From NCBI GenBank assembly GCA_019348135.1, contig JAHWJY010000001.1:17973-81972 (forward strand): a DNA stretch of 64,000 bases, in the 5' to 3' direction. Shown here one piece after another: positions 29,838 through 39,085 of the stretch. A program made the position numbers and the translations under genes. The notes beneath the pieces are model-generated. The model worked only from the letters and a program-made list of their open reading frames with translations, had not been told where the DNA came from and did not search any database. The DNA comes from Actinomycetota bacterium (GTDB lineage: Bacteria; Actinomycetota; Nitriliruptoria; Nitriliruptorales; Nitriliruptoraceae). Position 1 is the stretch's first letter, and each line of letters begins with the position of its first letter.

Positions 29838-30542
29838 TCACTCGGTGGCGGACTCGTTGGTCGGGCCCTCGCCCTCGGCCGGCACCTCGGACGCGTCCTC
29901 GGCACCCTCCTCGTCGCCGACGAGCGCGTCCTCCGGGACACCCTCCGTGTCGACCTCGGGCTCCTCGAGGATGGTCGGCGGGTTGACCGTGACGATCGTC
30001 CGCTCGGGGTCGATGTCGAACTCGGCGCCCTCGGGGAGCAGTCCCCGGATGTCCTCGACGCGCCGGACGTCGCCGATCATCATCCCGTCGACCGACAGCT
30101 CGAAGCTGTTGGGCGTGTCGAGCGGCCGGACCAGGATCGGCACCGTGTAGAGGACGGTCTGCAGGACGCCGCCGTCCTTCGCGGCCTCGTCGATGTCGAC
30201 GAGGTGGATCGGGACCTCGACCGAGATGCGCTGGGACTGGTCGACGGCCAGGAAGTCGATGTGACGGACGTCGCCGCGCACGGGGTGGCGGTCGATGTCA
30301 CGCGCGACGCAGAGGTGGGTCTCGCCCTTCTCGCCGGCGATCTCGAGCCGGATGAGGACGTTGGTCCCGGCCGGCCCGTGGAGGGCGTGGTAGAGCTCGA
30401 GGGAGTCGACGGCGACCGAGGTCGGCGTGACCTCGAAGCCGTACATGATGCCCGGGACGCGTCCCTCCTTGCGGAGGCGGTTCGTCGGGCCCTTGCCGAG
30501 CTGCGTACGCACGTCGGCCTGCAGGGTGACCTGGTTCGACAT
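29838..30542 (-). CDS. rplY: 50S ribosomal protein L25 / general stress protein Ctc
   Basis: ATG at 30542 (MSNQVTLQADVRTQLGKGPTNRLRKEGRVPGIMYG...) with an acidic C-terminal tail. Confidence 0.93.
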   Translation of the reverse strand: MSNQVTLQADVRTQLGKGPTNRLRKEGRVPGIMYGFEVTPTSVAVDSLELYHALHGPAGTNVLIRLEIAGEKGETHLCVARDIDRHPVRGDVRHIDFLAVDQSQRISVEVPIHLVDIDEAAKDGGVLQTVLYTVPILVRPLDTPNSFELSVDGMMIGDVRRVEDIRGLLPEGAEFDIDPERTIVTVNPPTILEEPEVDTEGVPEDALVGDEEGAEDASEVPAEGEGPTNESATE

Positions 30543-30942
30543 CGGGTGGTGCTCCTGGATGGGTGGTCCCCGGCGCGGGTCGGTCACCGTGGCGGCGGCG
30601 AGATGTCACGCGGGGCGCGTGCCGGAGGGGTGGGGGAACGCCCGCCCCTGGCACGCAGACGGCCCGCATCGCCCGAGAGGGCGCCCCTGGAGGAGAGCGG
30701 GCCAGGCGGGGAGGGTACCGGCGCGCCGGGAACCCCGGCAACCGCCGGTCACCCGGGTCGCAGCGCCCCGACGGAGCCGATGATGGACGAGCCGCGTCAG
30801 CACCACCGACAGGAACAGGCCGGAGACCACGGCGATCCCGCCGCTGAAGATCCAGCCGGCGCCGGATCGGTCACGCCTCTGCGCCGGCGTGCGGCACGGG
30901 AACGTGACAGGTTGCGGGGAGCGACCGGGCGGAGGTGGCGGT

Positions 30943-31419
30943 GTGGACGTGGCGGTGCGGGACCTGGCCGAGGACGACCGGGCGGCGTGGGAGCCGCTCT
31001 GGGCGGTGTACCTCGAGCACTACGGCGAGGATCTGCCGGCCCCGGTGACCGATGCGACGTGGGCGCGGGTCACGGGTGCGGACCCGCGGATGCACGGCAT
31101 CGGGGCCTTCGCCGGCGGACGGCTGGTCGGGGTCGCGCACTACGTCCTCGGCCCATCGACGTGGGACGTCGCCGACGACTGCTACCTCGAGGACCTCGTG
31201 GTCGCGCCGGACGTCCGTGGCCGCGGCGTGGGTCGGGCGCTGATCGACGAGCTGCGCCGGCGCGGCCTGGCCGGCGGGTGGCGACGGGTCCACTGGCTCA
31301 CCGAGGAGTCGAACGCGACCGCGCGCCGCCTCTACGACGCCGTGGGCACGCTGACACCCTACGTCCGGTACGAGATCGACCTCGCCGGGGACGGGTCCGG
31401 GTCCGCTAGAACGGGGTGA
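30943..31419 (+). CDS. GNAT family N-acetyltransferase
   Basis: GGAGG RBS then GTG at 30943. Acetyl-CoA motif VAPDVRGRGVGRALIDEL. Confidence 0.8.
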   Translation: MDVAVRDLAEDDRAAWEPLWAVYLEHYGEDLPAPVTDATWARVTGADPRMHGIGAFAGGRLVGVAHYVLGPSTWDVADDCYLEDLVVAPDVRGRGVGRALIDELRRRGLAGGWRRVHWLTEESNATARRLYDAVGTLTPYVRYEIDLAGDGSGSARTG

Positions 31420-31454
31420 GGGCGTCCTCGTCGACGACCCAGCGGGAGTCGGTC

Positions 31455-31841
31455 ATGGAGGGGAAGGGCGGATGGAGCGCCGGGCTCCGGAGGGTGCCGG
31501 CGTGGAACGCACTGTCGGGGCGTGTCCGGCGCCAGCTCCTCATGGGCGGGCGGACGCCCCAGAGCGAGGAGGAGGCCCAGGCGGCCCTCGCCTACGCGCG
31601 GCGGACCACCACCTACGGCGCCGCCTTCGTACTCGCGGTCGTGGGGGCCGCGGCCGGCGCCGCGGGCTGGCTCGTCTCGGCGGCGCTGATGGGCCGCGGG
31701 GTCAGCGACGCGGTCCCGGGAGCGGTCGCGTTCGCGGTGACGTGGCTGGTCGTCGGGACGCTGCTGGGGCGCCGGCGCGCCCGCCGGCTCCAGCAGCGCG
31801 CCGAGCGGTTCCTCGAGGACGACGACCTCAGAAGAGGGTGA
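31455..31841 (+). CDS. hypothetical membrane protein (2 TM)
   Basis: GGGAG RBS then ATG at 31455, with an alternative GTG at 31416 overlapping the GNAT stop. Two hydrophobic helices. Confidence 0.45.
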   Translation: MEGKGGWSAGLRRVPAWNALSGRVRRQLLMGGRTPQSEEEAQAALAYARRTTTYGAAFVLAVVGAAAGAAGWLVSAALMGRGVSDAVPGAVAFAVTWLVVGTLLGRRRARRLQQRAERFLEDDDLRRG

Positions 31842-32415
31842 GGGCGTCCTCGTCCGGGACGTACGAGACGGTCGCGCGCTTCAGCGCCGCCGGCTCCCAC
31901 CCGCCCGGCGGGACGGCGACGCCCCGCTCGATGCCGAGGAGCGTGCGCTTGGCCTCGGTCCCGAGGGCGTAGCCGCCGAGGCTGCCGTCGGCGGCGATCA
32001 CCCGGTGGCACGGCACGACGATCGGGATCGGGTTGCGGTTGCAGGCGCCGCCCACGGCACGAGCGGCCGTGGGCTGCCCCAGCTCGGTCGCCAGCGCGCC
32101 GTACGTGGTGACGCTGCCGTAGGCGACGTCGCAGAGCACCTCGAGGACGTCGCGCGCGAACCCCGTGGCCCCGGCGAGGTCGATCGGCACGCTGAACGTG
32201 GTCAGCTCCCCGTCGAGGTAGCGCTCGAGCTCGTCGACGGCGAGGCCGAGCACGACGTCGTCGTCCGGGGCGACCGAGGTCGCCGCGACGGGGGCGCCCT
32301 GGGCCGCCGGCCAACGCTCGGGGTCGAAGTGCAGCCCGCACAGGCCGGCGTCGGAGGCGACGAGGGTCAGCGTCCCGAGACGGGACGCCACGACGGTCCT
32401 CCGCAGCGCGCTCAC
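31828..32415 (-). CDS. ogt: methylated-DNA--protein-cysteine methyltransferase
   Basis: Active-site motif IVVPCHRVI and a preceding helix-turn-helix (TYGALATELG). Confidence 0.9.
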   Translation of the reverse strand: MSALRRTVVASRLGTLTLVASDAGLCGLHFDPERWPAAQGAPVAATSVAPDDDVVLGLAVDELERYLDGELTTFSVPIDLAGATGFARDVLEVLCDVAYGSVTTYGALATELGQPTAARAVGGACNRNPIPIVVPCHRVIAADGSLGGYALGTEAKRTLLGIERGVAVPPGGWEPAALKRATVSYVPDEDALTLF

Positions 32416-32433
32416 CGGCGCACTGTACGCCTG

Positions 32434-33417
32434 TCAGGCGTTCTCGCCGCGGAAGATCTCGGACACCGACTGGTCCTCGAACACGGCCCGGAGGGCGCTC
32501 GCGATGATCGGCGCGATCGACAGCACGACGAGCTTGTCGAAACGCTTGTCGGCGGGGATCGGCAGGGTGTTGGTGACCACCACCTGCTCGATCTCGCTGC
32601 CGGTCAGCCGCTCGACGGCCGGCCCCGAGAACACCGGATGGGTCGCGCACGCGACGACCTTCTTGGCGCCCCGCTCCTTCAGCAGCTTGGCGGCACCGCA
32701 GATGGTGCCGGCGGTGTCGATCATGTCGTCGACCAGGATGGCGACCCGCCCCTCGATGTCACCGATGACCTCGAGCGACTCGGAGACGTTGTGCTTCGAC
32801 GGGTCGCGGCGCTTGTGCAGGATCGCGATCGGCGACTGCAGGTGGCCGGCGAACTTCTCCGTGAGGCGCACGCGACCGGCGTCCGGGGACACCACGGTGC
32901 GGTCCTCGTGCGGGATGTTCTCGTCGATCCACTGCTCGAGCAGCGGCAGCGCCGTGAGGTGGTCGAAGGGATCGTCGAAGAAGCCCTGGATCTGGCCCGT
33001 GTGGAGGTCGACGGACATGACCCGGTCGACGCCGGCGACCTCGAACATGTCGCCGATGAGCTTGGCCGCGATGGGCTCGCGCGACAGCGTCTTCTTGTCG
33101 CTGCGGCTGTAGCCGTAGTACGGCACCACGGCGACGATGCGCTTGGCCGACGCGCGCTTGAGCGCGTCGATCATGATCAGCTGCTCGATGATGTAGTCGT
33201 TGACGCTCATGTCCGCGTCGGTGTAGTGCGACTGCAGGACGAACGCGTCCGCGCCACGGACCGACTCGGCGAAGCGCGCGTACACCTCGCCGTTGGCGAA
33301 CTGGTCGAGCTTGACCTCGCCGACCCGCATGCCGAGGTGGTCGGCCACCTCGCGGGCGAGCTCCGGGTACGAGGACCCGGAGAAGATCATCATGCGCTTC
33401 TTGGTGACGACTTCCAT
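32434..33417 (-). CDS. prs: ribose-phosphate pyrophosphokinase
   Basis: Full-length Prs, including the DLHTGQIQGFF and ILVDDMIDTAGT motifs. Confidence 0.96.
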   Translation of the reverse strand: MEVVTKKRMMIFSGSSYPELAREVADHLGMRVGEVKLDQFANGEVYARFAESVRGADAFVLQSHYTDADMSVNDYIIEQLIMIDALKRASAKRIVAVVPYYGYSRSDKKTLSREPIAAKLIGDMFEVAGVDRVMSVDLHTGQIQGFFDDPFDHLTALPLLEQWIDENIPHEDRTVVSPDAGRVRLTEKFAGHLQSPIAILHKRRDPSKHNVSESLEVIGDIEGRVAILVDDMIDTAGTICGAAKLLKERGAKKVVACATHPVFSGPAVERLTGSEIEQVVVTNTLPIPADKRFDKLVVLSIAPIIASALRAVFEDQSVSEIFRGENA

Positions 33418-33510
33418 CGGCTCTTCCGGGTCTGGGGGCGAGCGTCGAGCAGCGTCGAAGACGACCTCGCAGTCGATCGTGCGGTGAGTCGGACCGAGCC
33501 TACCCGCTGG

Positions 33511-34908
33511 CTACTGCGCGTCTCCCGACAGCCGCTCACGGCGAGCGGCGGCCCAGCCGTCCTTGTTCGACTGCCGCTGACGGGCCACCGCGAGGGCGTC
33601 CGCCGGGACGTCGTCGGTGATGGTCGAGCCGGCGGCGACGAACGCGCCGGCGCCCACGGTGACGGGAGCGACGAGCATCGTGTCGCAGCCGATGAAGGCG
33701 CCGTCCTCGATCGTCGTCGGGTGCTTGTCGGTGCCGTCGTAGTTCACGGTGATGGCGCCGGCGCTGAAGTTCACGCCCGCCCCGATCGTCGCGTCCCCCA
33801 CGTACGACAGGTGCGGGACCTTCGAGCCCTCGCCGATCGTGGAGTTCTTCACCTCGACGAACCCGCCGGCCTTCGACCCACGCGCGAGCACGGTGCCGGG
33901 ACGGAGGTAGGTGAACGGGCCGACGGTCGCCTCGGGACCGACGACGGCGTGCTTGGCCACCGTGTTCGTGACCTCGGCGTCGTCGCCGACCTCGGTCGCC
34001 ACGAGGTGGCAGTTGGGCCCGACGGTCGCCCGCTCGCCGATCGTGGTGGCCGCCTCGAGGATGCAGTTCGGGAACAGCGTCGTGTCGGCGCCGACCGCGA
34101 CGTCGACGTCGACGTAGGTGGTGGCCGGATCGAGGACGGTGACCCCCTCGCGCATGAGCCGGTCCAGCACGCGTCGGCGCAGGACGGCGGCCGAGTCGGC
34201 GAGCTGGCGGCGGTCGTTGACGCCGGCGACCTCGTCCGCGGCCGCGACGTGGGCGGCGACGGTGGCGCCCCGGGCGACGAACGCCTCGACGACGTCGGTG
34301 AGGTAGATCTCGCCCTGGGCGTTGTCGGCGTCGAGCTCCCCGAGCGCCTCGGTGAGGACGGTCCGCTCGAAGACGTACATGCCGGCGTTGACCTCGCGGA
34401 CCGCCCGCTCCTCGTCGGTCGCGTCCCGGTGCTCGACGATGCGGGCGACGGAGCCCGCCTCGCGGATCACGCGGCCGTAGCCGGTCGGGTCGTCGGGCTC
34501 GATCGTGAGCATGGCCGCGTCCGGGCCGTCCTCCGCCGCGGCGAGCAGGGCCTCGAGGGTCTCCGGCAGGAGCAGCGGCGTGTCGCCCGGCAGGACCATC
34601 ACGCGCCGGATGCCGTCGTCGAGCGCCGGCAGGGCCATCTGCGCCGCGTGTCCGGTCCCGTGCTGCTCGGCCTGCAGGGCCGTGACGAGGTTGGCGAGAC
34701 CGCAGGCCTCGGCCTCGGCGGTCACGTCGTCGCCCTGGTGGCCGACGACGACGACGACCTGGCCGAGCCCGAGGGGCTTCAGCGCCTCGAGGATGTGGCC
34801 CAGGAGGGACCGGCCGGCGCACCGGTGCAGGACCTTGGCGAGGTCGGACCGGAACCGGGTGCCCTGCCCGGCGGCCAGCACGACGGCGGCGACATCAGCA
34901 CGGGACAC
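33511..34908 (-). CDS. glmU: bifunctional UDP-N-acetylglucosamine pyrophosphorylase / GlcN-1-P acetyltransferase
   Basis: GGAGG RBS then GTG at 34908 (VSRADVAAVVLAAGQGTRF...) with C-terminal left-handed beta-helix hexapeptide repeats. Confidence 0.95.
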   Translation of the reverse strand: MSRADVAAVVLAAGQGTRFRSDLAKVLHRCAGRSLLGHILEALKPLGLGQVVVVVGHQGDDVTAEAEACGLANLVTALQAEQHGTGHAAQMALPALDDGIRRVMVLPGDTPLLLPETLEALLAAAEDGPDAAMLTIEPDDPTGYGRVIREAGSVARIVEHRDATDEERAVREVNAGMYVFERTVLTEALGELDADNAQGEIYLTDVVEAFVARGATVAAHVAAADEVAGVNDRRQLADSAAVLRRRVLDRLMREGVTVLDPATTYVDVDVAVGADTTLFPNCILEAATTIGERATVGPNCHLVATEVGDDAEVTNTVAKHAVVGPEATVGPFTYLRPGTVLARGSKAGGFVEVKNSTIGEGSKVPHLSYVGDATIGAGVNFSAGAITVNYDGTDKHPTTIEDGAFIGCDTMLVAPVTVGAGAFVAAGSTITDDVPADALAVARQRQSNKDGWAAARRERLSGDAQ

Positions 34909-34942
34909 GGGGACCTCCGGACGCGAGGGGGGACGAAGCAGG

Positions 34943-35017
34943 TGGCTGGGAGGCAGGGGATCGAACCCTGAATACCGACTCCAAAGGACGGCGTGTTGCC
35001 GATTACACCACCTCCCA
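34943..35017 (-). tRNA. tRNA-Gln (anticodon UUG), CCA encoded
   Basis: Manual cloverleaf on the minus strand: TGGGAGG-TG-GTGT-AATCGGCA-ACAC-G-CCGTC-CTTTGGA-GTCGG-TATT-CAGGG-TTCGATC-CCCTG-CCTCCCA-G-CCA. There is one U-U mismatch in the anticodon stem. U1-A72 is typical of tRNA-Gln. Confidence 0.85.
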
Positions 35018-35101
35018 CCGGACCGCCGGCGTGCCGGCGGGTCGGACGGCCGAGGGTAGCGAAGGGGCCCCCTCCCTCGGCCGGACGGCGATCGGGGCAG
35101 C

Positions 35102-35123
35102 GGATGTCGCGATGGCGACATCC
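35102..35123 (-). terminator. perfect 9-bp stem / 4-nt loop hairpin just downstream of ispE
   Basis: GGATGTCGC-gatg-GCGACATCC, 14 nt after the ispE stop, with no U-tract. Confidence 0.4.
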
Positions 35124-35136
35124 GGTTCCCGGATCG

Positions 35137-36144
35137 TCAGCGGAGGTCGGAGACCTCGGGGCCGGCGGCCGGCGAGGCCGCGACCTCGACGCGGTCGAAG
35201 CGGTCGGTCATCGCCGCGGCGAGCTCGCGCGCCTGCCGGTCGCTCTCGGCGAGCGCGACGACCGTCGGGCCCGAGCCGGACACGACCGCGCCGAGCGCGC
35301 CCTCCGCGAGCATCGCGTCGCGGGCCGCCTCGAGCTCGGGGCGCAGCGTGAACGCCGCGACCTCGAGGTCGTTGTGGAGCGCGTCGCCGAGCGCTTCGCC
35401 GTCACCCGTCCGCAACGCCTGGAGCACCGCGTCGGGCTCGCGCTCCGTCGGCTGTCCCACCTCGTCGAACACGCGGTAGACCTCGGGCGTCGACAGCGGC
35501 GTCCGGGACATGCCGACCACCCAGTGGAACGGCCCCCGGGCCAGCACCTGCGCGGTCGCCGTGCCGGTGCCGGTCGCGAGCGCGGTCCCGCCGGTGACGC
35601 AGAACGGCACGTCGGCGCCCAGCTCGGCGGCGAGCTCGCGGAGCTCGTCGCGGTCGAGCCCGCACTCCCACAGGCGGTTGAGCCCGACGAGCGTCGCCGC
35701 AGCGTCGGCCGACCCCCCGGCCATCCCCGCCGCCACGGGGATGCGCTTGGACAGGTCCACGCGGGTCGCCGGGACCACGTCCGGCCCACCGCTGTGCCCG
35801 TCCGGGTCCGCGGTGCCGGTACCGGTCGCACGCATCAGCAGGTGCGCGGCCCGGACGGCGAGGTTGCGTTCGTCGTCGGGCACGCCGGGGCCGCCGTCGT
35901 GGCTGAACTTCAGCTCCATGAACCGTCGCACGGCCGGGTGGCGGCAGGCCGACTCACCGCCCTCGAGCTCGACCGTGACCGTGTCGTGGATCCCGACCGT
36001 CTGCATGATGGACACGAGCTCGTGGTAGCCGTCGTCCCGGAGCCCACGCACGGCGAGGAACAGGTTGACCTTCGCGGGCACCCGGACGCGGACGCGCGCG
36101 GATGCCTCCGCGTACCGCCGCTCTCGTGTCCGGTCCGACTCCAC
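35137..36144 (-). CDS. ispE: 4-(cytidine 5'-diphospho)-2-C-methyl-D-erythritol kinase
   Basis: VRVRVPAKVNLFLAV...GYHEL...IPVAAGMAGGSADAAA (GHMP kinase motif). The start, GTG 36144 after GGGAGAGGG, is approximate. Confidence 0.9.
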   Translation of the reverse strand: MESDRTRERRYAEASARVRVRVPAKVNLFLAVRGLRDDGYHELVSIMQTVGIHDTVTVELEGGESACRHPAVRRFMELKFSHDGGPGVPDDERNLAVRAAHLLMRATGTGTADPDGHSGGPDVVPATRVDLSKRIPVAAGMAGGSADAAATLVGLNRLWECGLDRDELRELAAELGADVPFCVTGGTALATGTGTATAQVLARGPFHWVVGMSRTPLSTPEVYRVFDEVGQPTEREPDAVLQALRTGDGEALGDALHNDLEVAAFTLRPELEAARDAMLAEGALGAVVSGSGPTVVALAESDRQARELAAAMTDRFDRVEVAASPAAGPEVSDLR

Positions 36145-36236
36145 GGTCCCTCTCCCGCCGCCGACGGCAGGCGCGATCCCGCGACCTGCCCCGTCTCCCG
36201 CGCGGCCGGCCCATCGTACGGAGGCCGCCGCGGCCT

Positions 36237-37073
36237 TCACGCATCGAGGGCAGCGGCGAGGCGGACGAAGTCCTCGGGCGTGAGCGTCTCCGCCCGGGCA
36301 CCCGGATCGATCCCCGCGTCGGCGAAGGCAGCCGTCAGCTGCTCGGGCGGGGCGAGCGTCCGGAGGGTGTTCCGGAGCGTCTTGCGACGCTGCGCGAACG
36401 CGGTGTCGACCAGGGCGGCGAGGCGCGAGCGCACCTCCGGCGACGGAGCGTCGTCGCGCCGGCGGATCCGCACCATGACGCTGTCCACGTTCGGGACGGG
36501 GTGGAAGACCGCACGCGGGACGTGCAGGTCGATGCGGGCGTCGGCGGAGAGGGCCACCTTGACCGAGACGGCGCTGTAGAGCGGGTCGCCGACCCGCGCC
36601 GACCAGCGCTCCCCCACCTCGCGCTGGACCATGACGTACTGCTCGACGAGAGCCGGCCCGGCCTCCAGCGCCTGCATCACGAGCGGCGTCGCGACGTTGT
36701 AGGGCAGGTTCGCGACGAGCGTCGCGGGCCCCCCGTCGACCGCCGCGGCGAGGTCGGTGCGCATCGCGTCGGCGTGCAGCAGCGTGAACCCCGGCTCGTC
36801 CCCGAGGAGGTGCTGGAGCACCCGGACGAGCCCGGCGTCGACCTCGATCGCGACCACGCGCCGGACCGCGGCGAGCAGCGGGATCGTCAGCGACCCGAGG
36901 CCGGGGCCGATCTCGAGCACCGTGTCGTCCGGTCCCACGCCGGACGCCTCGACGATGCGGCGCACGGTGTTGGGGTCGACGACGAAGTTCTGGCCCGACG
37001 ACTTCCGCGGCGCCAGGCCGTGCTCCTGGAGGAGCCGGCGGACGTCGGTGGGCGTGAGCGGGTCGCGCGTCAC
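36237..37073 (-). CDS. rsmA: 16S rRNA (adenine1518/1519-N6)-dimethyltransferase
   Basis: GTG at 37073. Motifs SSGQNFVVDPN, VLEIGPGLGSLT, ANLPYNV. Confidence 0.95.
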   Translation of the reverse strand: MTRDPLTPTDVRRLLQEHGLAPRKSSGQNFVVDPNTVRRIVEASGVGPDDTVLEIGPGLGSLTIPLLAAVRRVVAIEVDAGLVRVLQHLLGDEPGFTLLHADAMRTDLAAAVDGGPATLVANLPYNVATPLVMQALEAGPALVEQYVMVQREVGERWSARVGDPLYSAVSVKVALSADARIDLHVPRAVFHPVPNVDSVMVRIRRRDDAPSPEVRSRLAALVDTAFAQRRKTLRNTLRTLAPPEQLTAAFADAGIDPGARAETLTPEDFVRLAAALDA

Positions 37074-37092
37074 GGCGGGCTCACCGGACGGC

Positions 37093-38211
37093 TCACATGA
37101 GGCCGAGCTTGCGGGCGCAGCTGGGCCAGGGGCTCCACCCGCGGACCGCGTGGAGCCGCTTGCCGACGGCGATCTGCTGGTCGGCGCTGGCCTGCCAGGC
37201 GTAGGCCGGGTAGCCGGCCGGCTTCCAGCGGTTCCACGTGTCCGGGTGGAACTGCAGGCCGCCGTCGTAGGTGCCGTCGTAGGACCAGTTGCCGCCCGAC
37301 TCGCACTGGGCGAGGCGGTACCAGTTCCGGTCCTCGCTGCCCGATGCCGGCGCGGGTGGCGGTGGCGGTGGCGGTGGCGGCTCGCGCGTGCCGACCTCGA
37401 CGACGCGGTCCTCCGGCTCGCGGACGACCTGCGAGGACGCGAGCGTGCGCTCGACGTCCTCACCGTCGACGACCCGGACCTCGTACGTGTCACGACGCAG
37501 GCCCTCGACGCCCTCCGAGACGACCCGCGTCGTGCCCAAAAGGAGCTCGTCCGTCTCGCGCCGCACCTCCTCGAACGGCAGGACGACCTCCTCGACCTCG
37601 GTGCGGTTGGCGATCCGCGTGATGCGCGCCACGACCGTGCGGTCGACCGGCGTCGAGAGCGCCGGCTCGAGGAGGTCGTCCGGCCCCAGCGTGAGGTCGG
37701 AGCGCGACAACGCCTCCCCGAGGGTCGCCGCGGTGGTCGTGAACGACCGGAGACCACCGTCGACGTGGACCAGCACGAGCATCGGCAGCCGGACCTCGAT
37801 GACGGCGCCGTCGTCGAGCGGGCGCAGGGCGGGCCGGACCGGCTCGGCACCCTCGAGCCCCGCGGCCTGCAGCGCTCCGGAGACGGTCCGGTCGGCCGTG
37901 AGGATGTCCCAGGCCGACCCGTCCTGCGCCTCGATCCGCACCGCGATCGCACGCTCGACGCGGATGCCCATGCCGTCGACCAGCGGCGCGTCCGGAGGTG
38001 GCGTGACGCGGTCCGCCGGCGAGATCTCCACGCCGCGACGCGCCAGGACGTCACCTACGGTGTCCGCGAACGACGAGCGGAACTGCTCGACCTCGCCGTC
38101 GACCATCACCCGGACGCGCTTGGTCGTGAGCACGACCGGGGCGCAGAGCAGCGCCACGAGGGCGAGGCTCAGGAGCTTCCGCAGCGTGTGCGGGGGGAGG
38201 TTCGCACGCAT
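37093..38211 (-). CDS. rpfB: resuscitation-promoting factor RpfB-like (DUF348 repeats, G5, Rpf transglycosylase domain)
   Basis: N-terminal TM, repeated DUF348-like modules, a G5-like region, a Pro-rich linker and the C-terminal LAQCESGGNWSYDG...GGLQF Rpf core. Confidence 0.9.
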   Translation of the reverse strand: MRANLPPHTLRKLLSLALVALLCAPVVLTTKRVRVMVDGEVEQFRSSFADTVGDVLARRGVEISPADRVTPPPDAPLVDGMGIRVERAIAVRIEAQDGSAWDILTADRTVSGALQAAGLEGAEPVRPALRPLDDGAVIEVRLPMLVLVHVDGGLRSFTTTAATLGEALSRSDLTLGPDDLLEPALSTPVDRTVVARITRIANRTEVEEVVLPFEEVRRETDELLLGTTRVVSEGVEGLRRDTYEVRVVDGEDVERTLASSQVVREPEDRVVEVGTREPPPPPPPPPAPASGSEDRNWYRLAQCESGGNWSYDGTYDGGLQFHPDTWNRWKPAGYPAYAWQASADQQIAVGKRLHAVRGWSPWPSCARKLGLM

Positions 38212-38223
38212 GGCCGGAGGACC

Positions 38224-39018
38224 CTAGGCGGCTCCGGGCCGTGACGCATCGTCCGGGAGCGCGAACGCCCGCCGCGCGTTGGCGAGCACGGTGGCCGCCA
38301 GCTCGTCCTCCCCGACGTCCTTGACCTCCGCCAGCTGGCGGAGGACGAACGGGATGTGGGACGGGTCGTTGGGCTTGCCGCGGTTCGGCACGGGGGTGAG
38401 GTACGGCGAGTCGGTCTCGGTGAGCAGCAGCTCGGACGGAGCCACGGCCGCCGCGGCGCGGAGCTCCTCGGCGTTCTTGAACGTCACGTTGCCGGCGAAG
38501 GACATGAAGTAGCCCTCCTCGGCGCAGTGCTGGGCGATGCGCTCGTCGCCCGAGAAGCAGTGCATGACGACCCGCTCGGGGGCGCCCTCCGAGGCGAGCA
38601 CCGCGAGGCACTCGTCCCACGCCTCCCGGCAGTGGATGACGAGCGCGCGGTCGTGCTCCTTCGCCATCGCGATGTGCCGGCGGAAGGACGACTCCTGCTG
38701 CTGCGGGGTGGTGTGGTCCCGGTAGTAGTCGAGGCCGGTCTCGCCGATGCCCACCACCACGTCCTGGCTGGCGAGCCGGTCGATCACCCCGAGCACCGCC
38801 GGCGTCGCCTCCATCGCGTCGTTGGGGTGGATCCCCACGACGGCCCACACGCCGGCGAACCGGTTGGCGGTCTGCACGGCCTGCGTCGAGGAGGCCATGT
38901 CCGTGCCGACCGTGATCATCGTGCCCACGCCGGCGGCACGCGCCGCCTCCACCTGCTCGGCGGCGGGCACGTCGAAGTGGTGGTCGAGATGACAGTGGGT
39001 GTCGACGTAGGTCGGCAC
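38224..39018 (-). CDS. tatD: TatD family hydrolase
   Basis: YVDTHCHLD..., IGETGLDYY, VIHCREA, ETDSPYL. Confidence 0.93.
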   Translation of the reverse strand: MPTYVDTHCHLDHHFDVPAAEQVEAARAAGVGTMITVGTDMASSTQAVQTANRFAGVWAVVGIHPNDAMEATPAVLGVIDRLASQDVVVGIGETGLDYYRDHTTPQQQESSFRRHIAMAKEHDRALVIHCREAWDECLAVLASEGAPERVVMHCFSGDERIAQHCAEEGYFMSFAGNVTFKNAEELRAAAAVAPSELLLTETDSPYLTPVPNRGKPNDPSHIPFVLRQLAEVKDVGEDELAATVLANARRAFALPDDASRPGAA

Positions 39019-39085
39019 GGGTCCCCCTTGGACGGAACGCAGCAGCCCGCCACGAGGGCGGGCCGTCGCGTCGAGGCTACCGGTG

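Noticed and set aside
30588-30720. 6C-type small RNA (C-rich loops) in the rplY upstream region
   Set aside because: I could draw only one hairpin with a C-rich loop. The two-stem-loop architecture of 6C RNA is not evident, and the locus does not correspond to the usual 6C context as I recall it.
30606-30830. 74-aa minus-strand ORF upstream of rplY with a hydrophobic N-terminus
   Set aside because: The hydrophobic helix starts upstream of the only available start codon, so the annotated ORF would begin mid-helix. The remainder is Arg/Gly-rich. I kept it only as a possible gene remnant in a finding, not as a CDS.
38212-38223. Possible ydaO-type (c-di-AMP) riboswitch upstream of the rpf gene, as known for some actinobacterial rpf genes
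   Set aside because: The gap between tatD and rpfB is only 12 nt, so there is no room for a riboswitch. rpfB appears to be co-transcribed with tatD.
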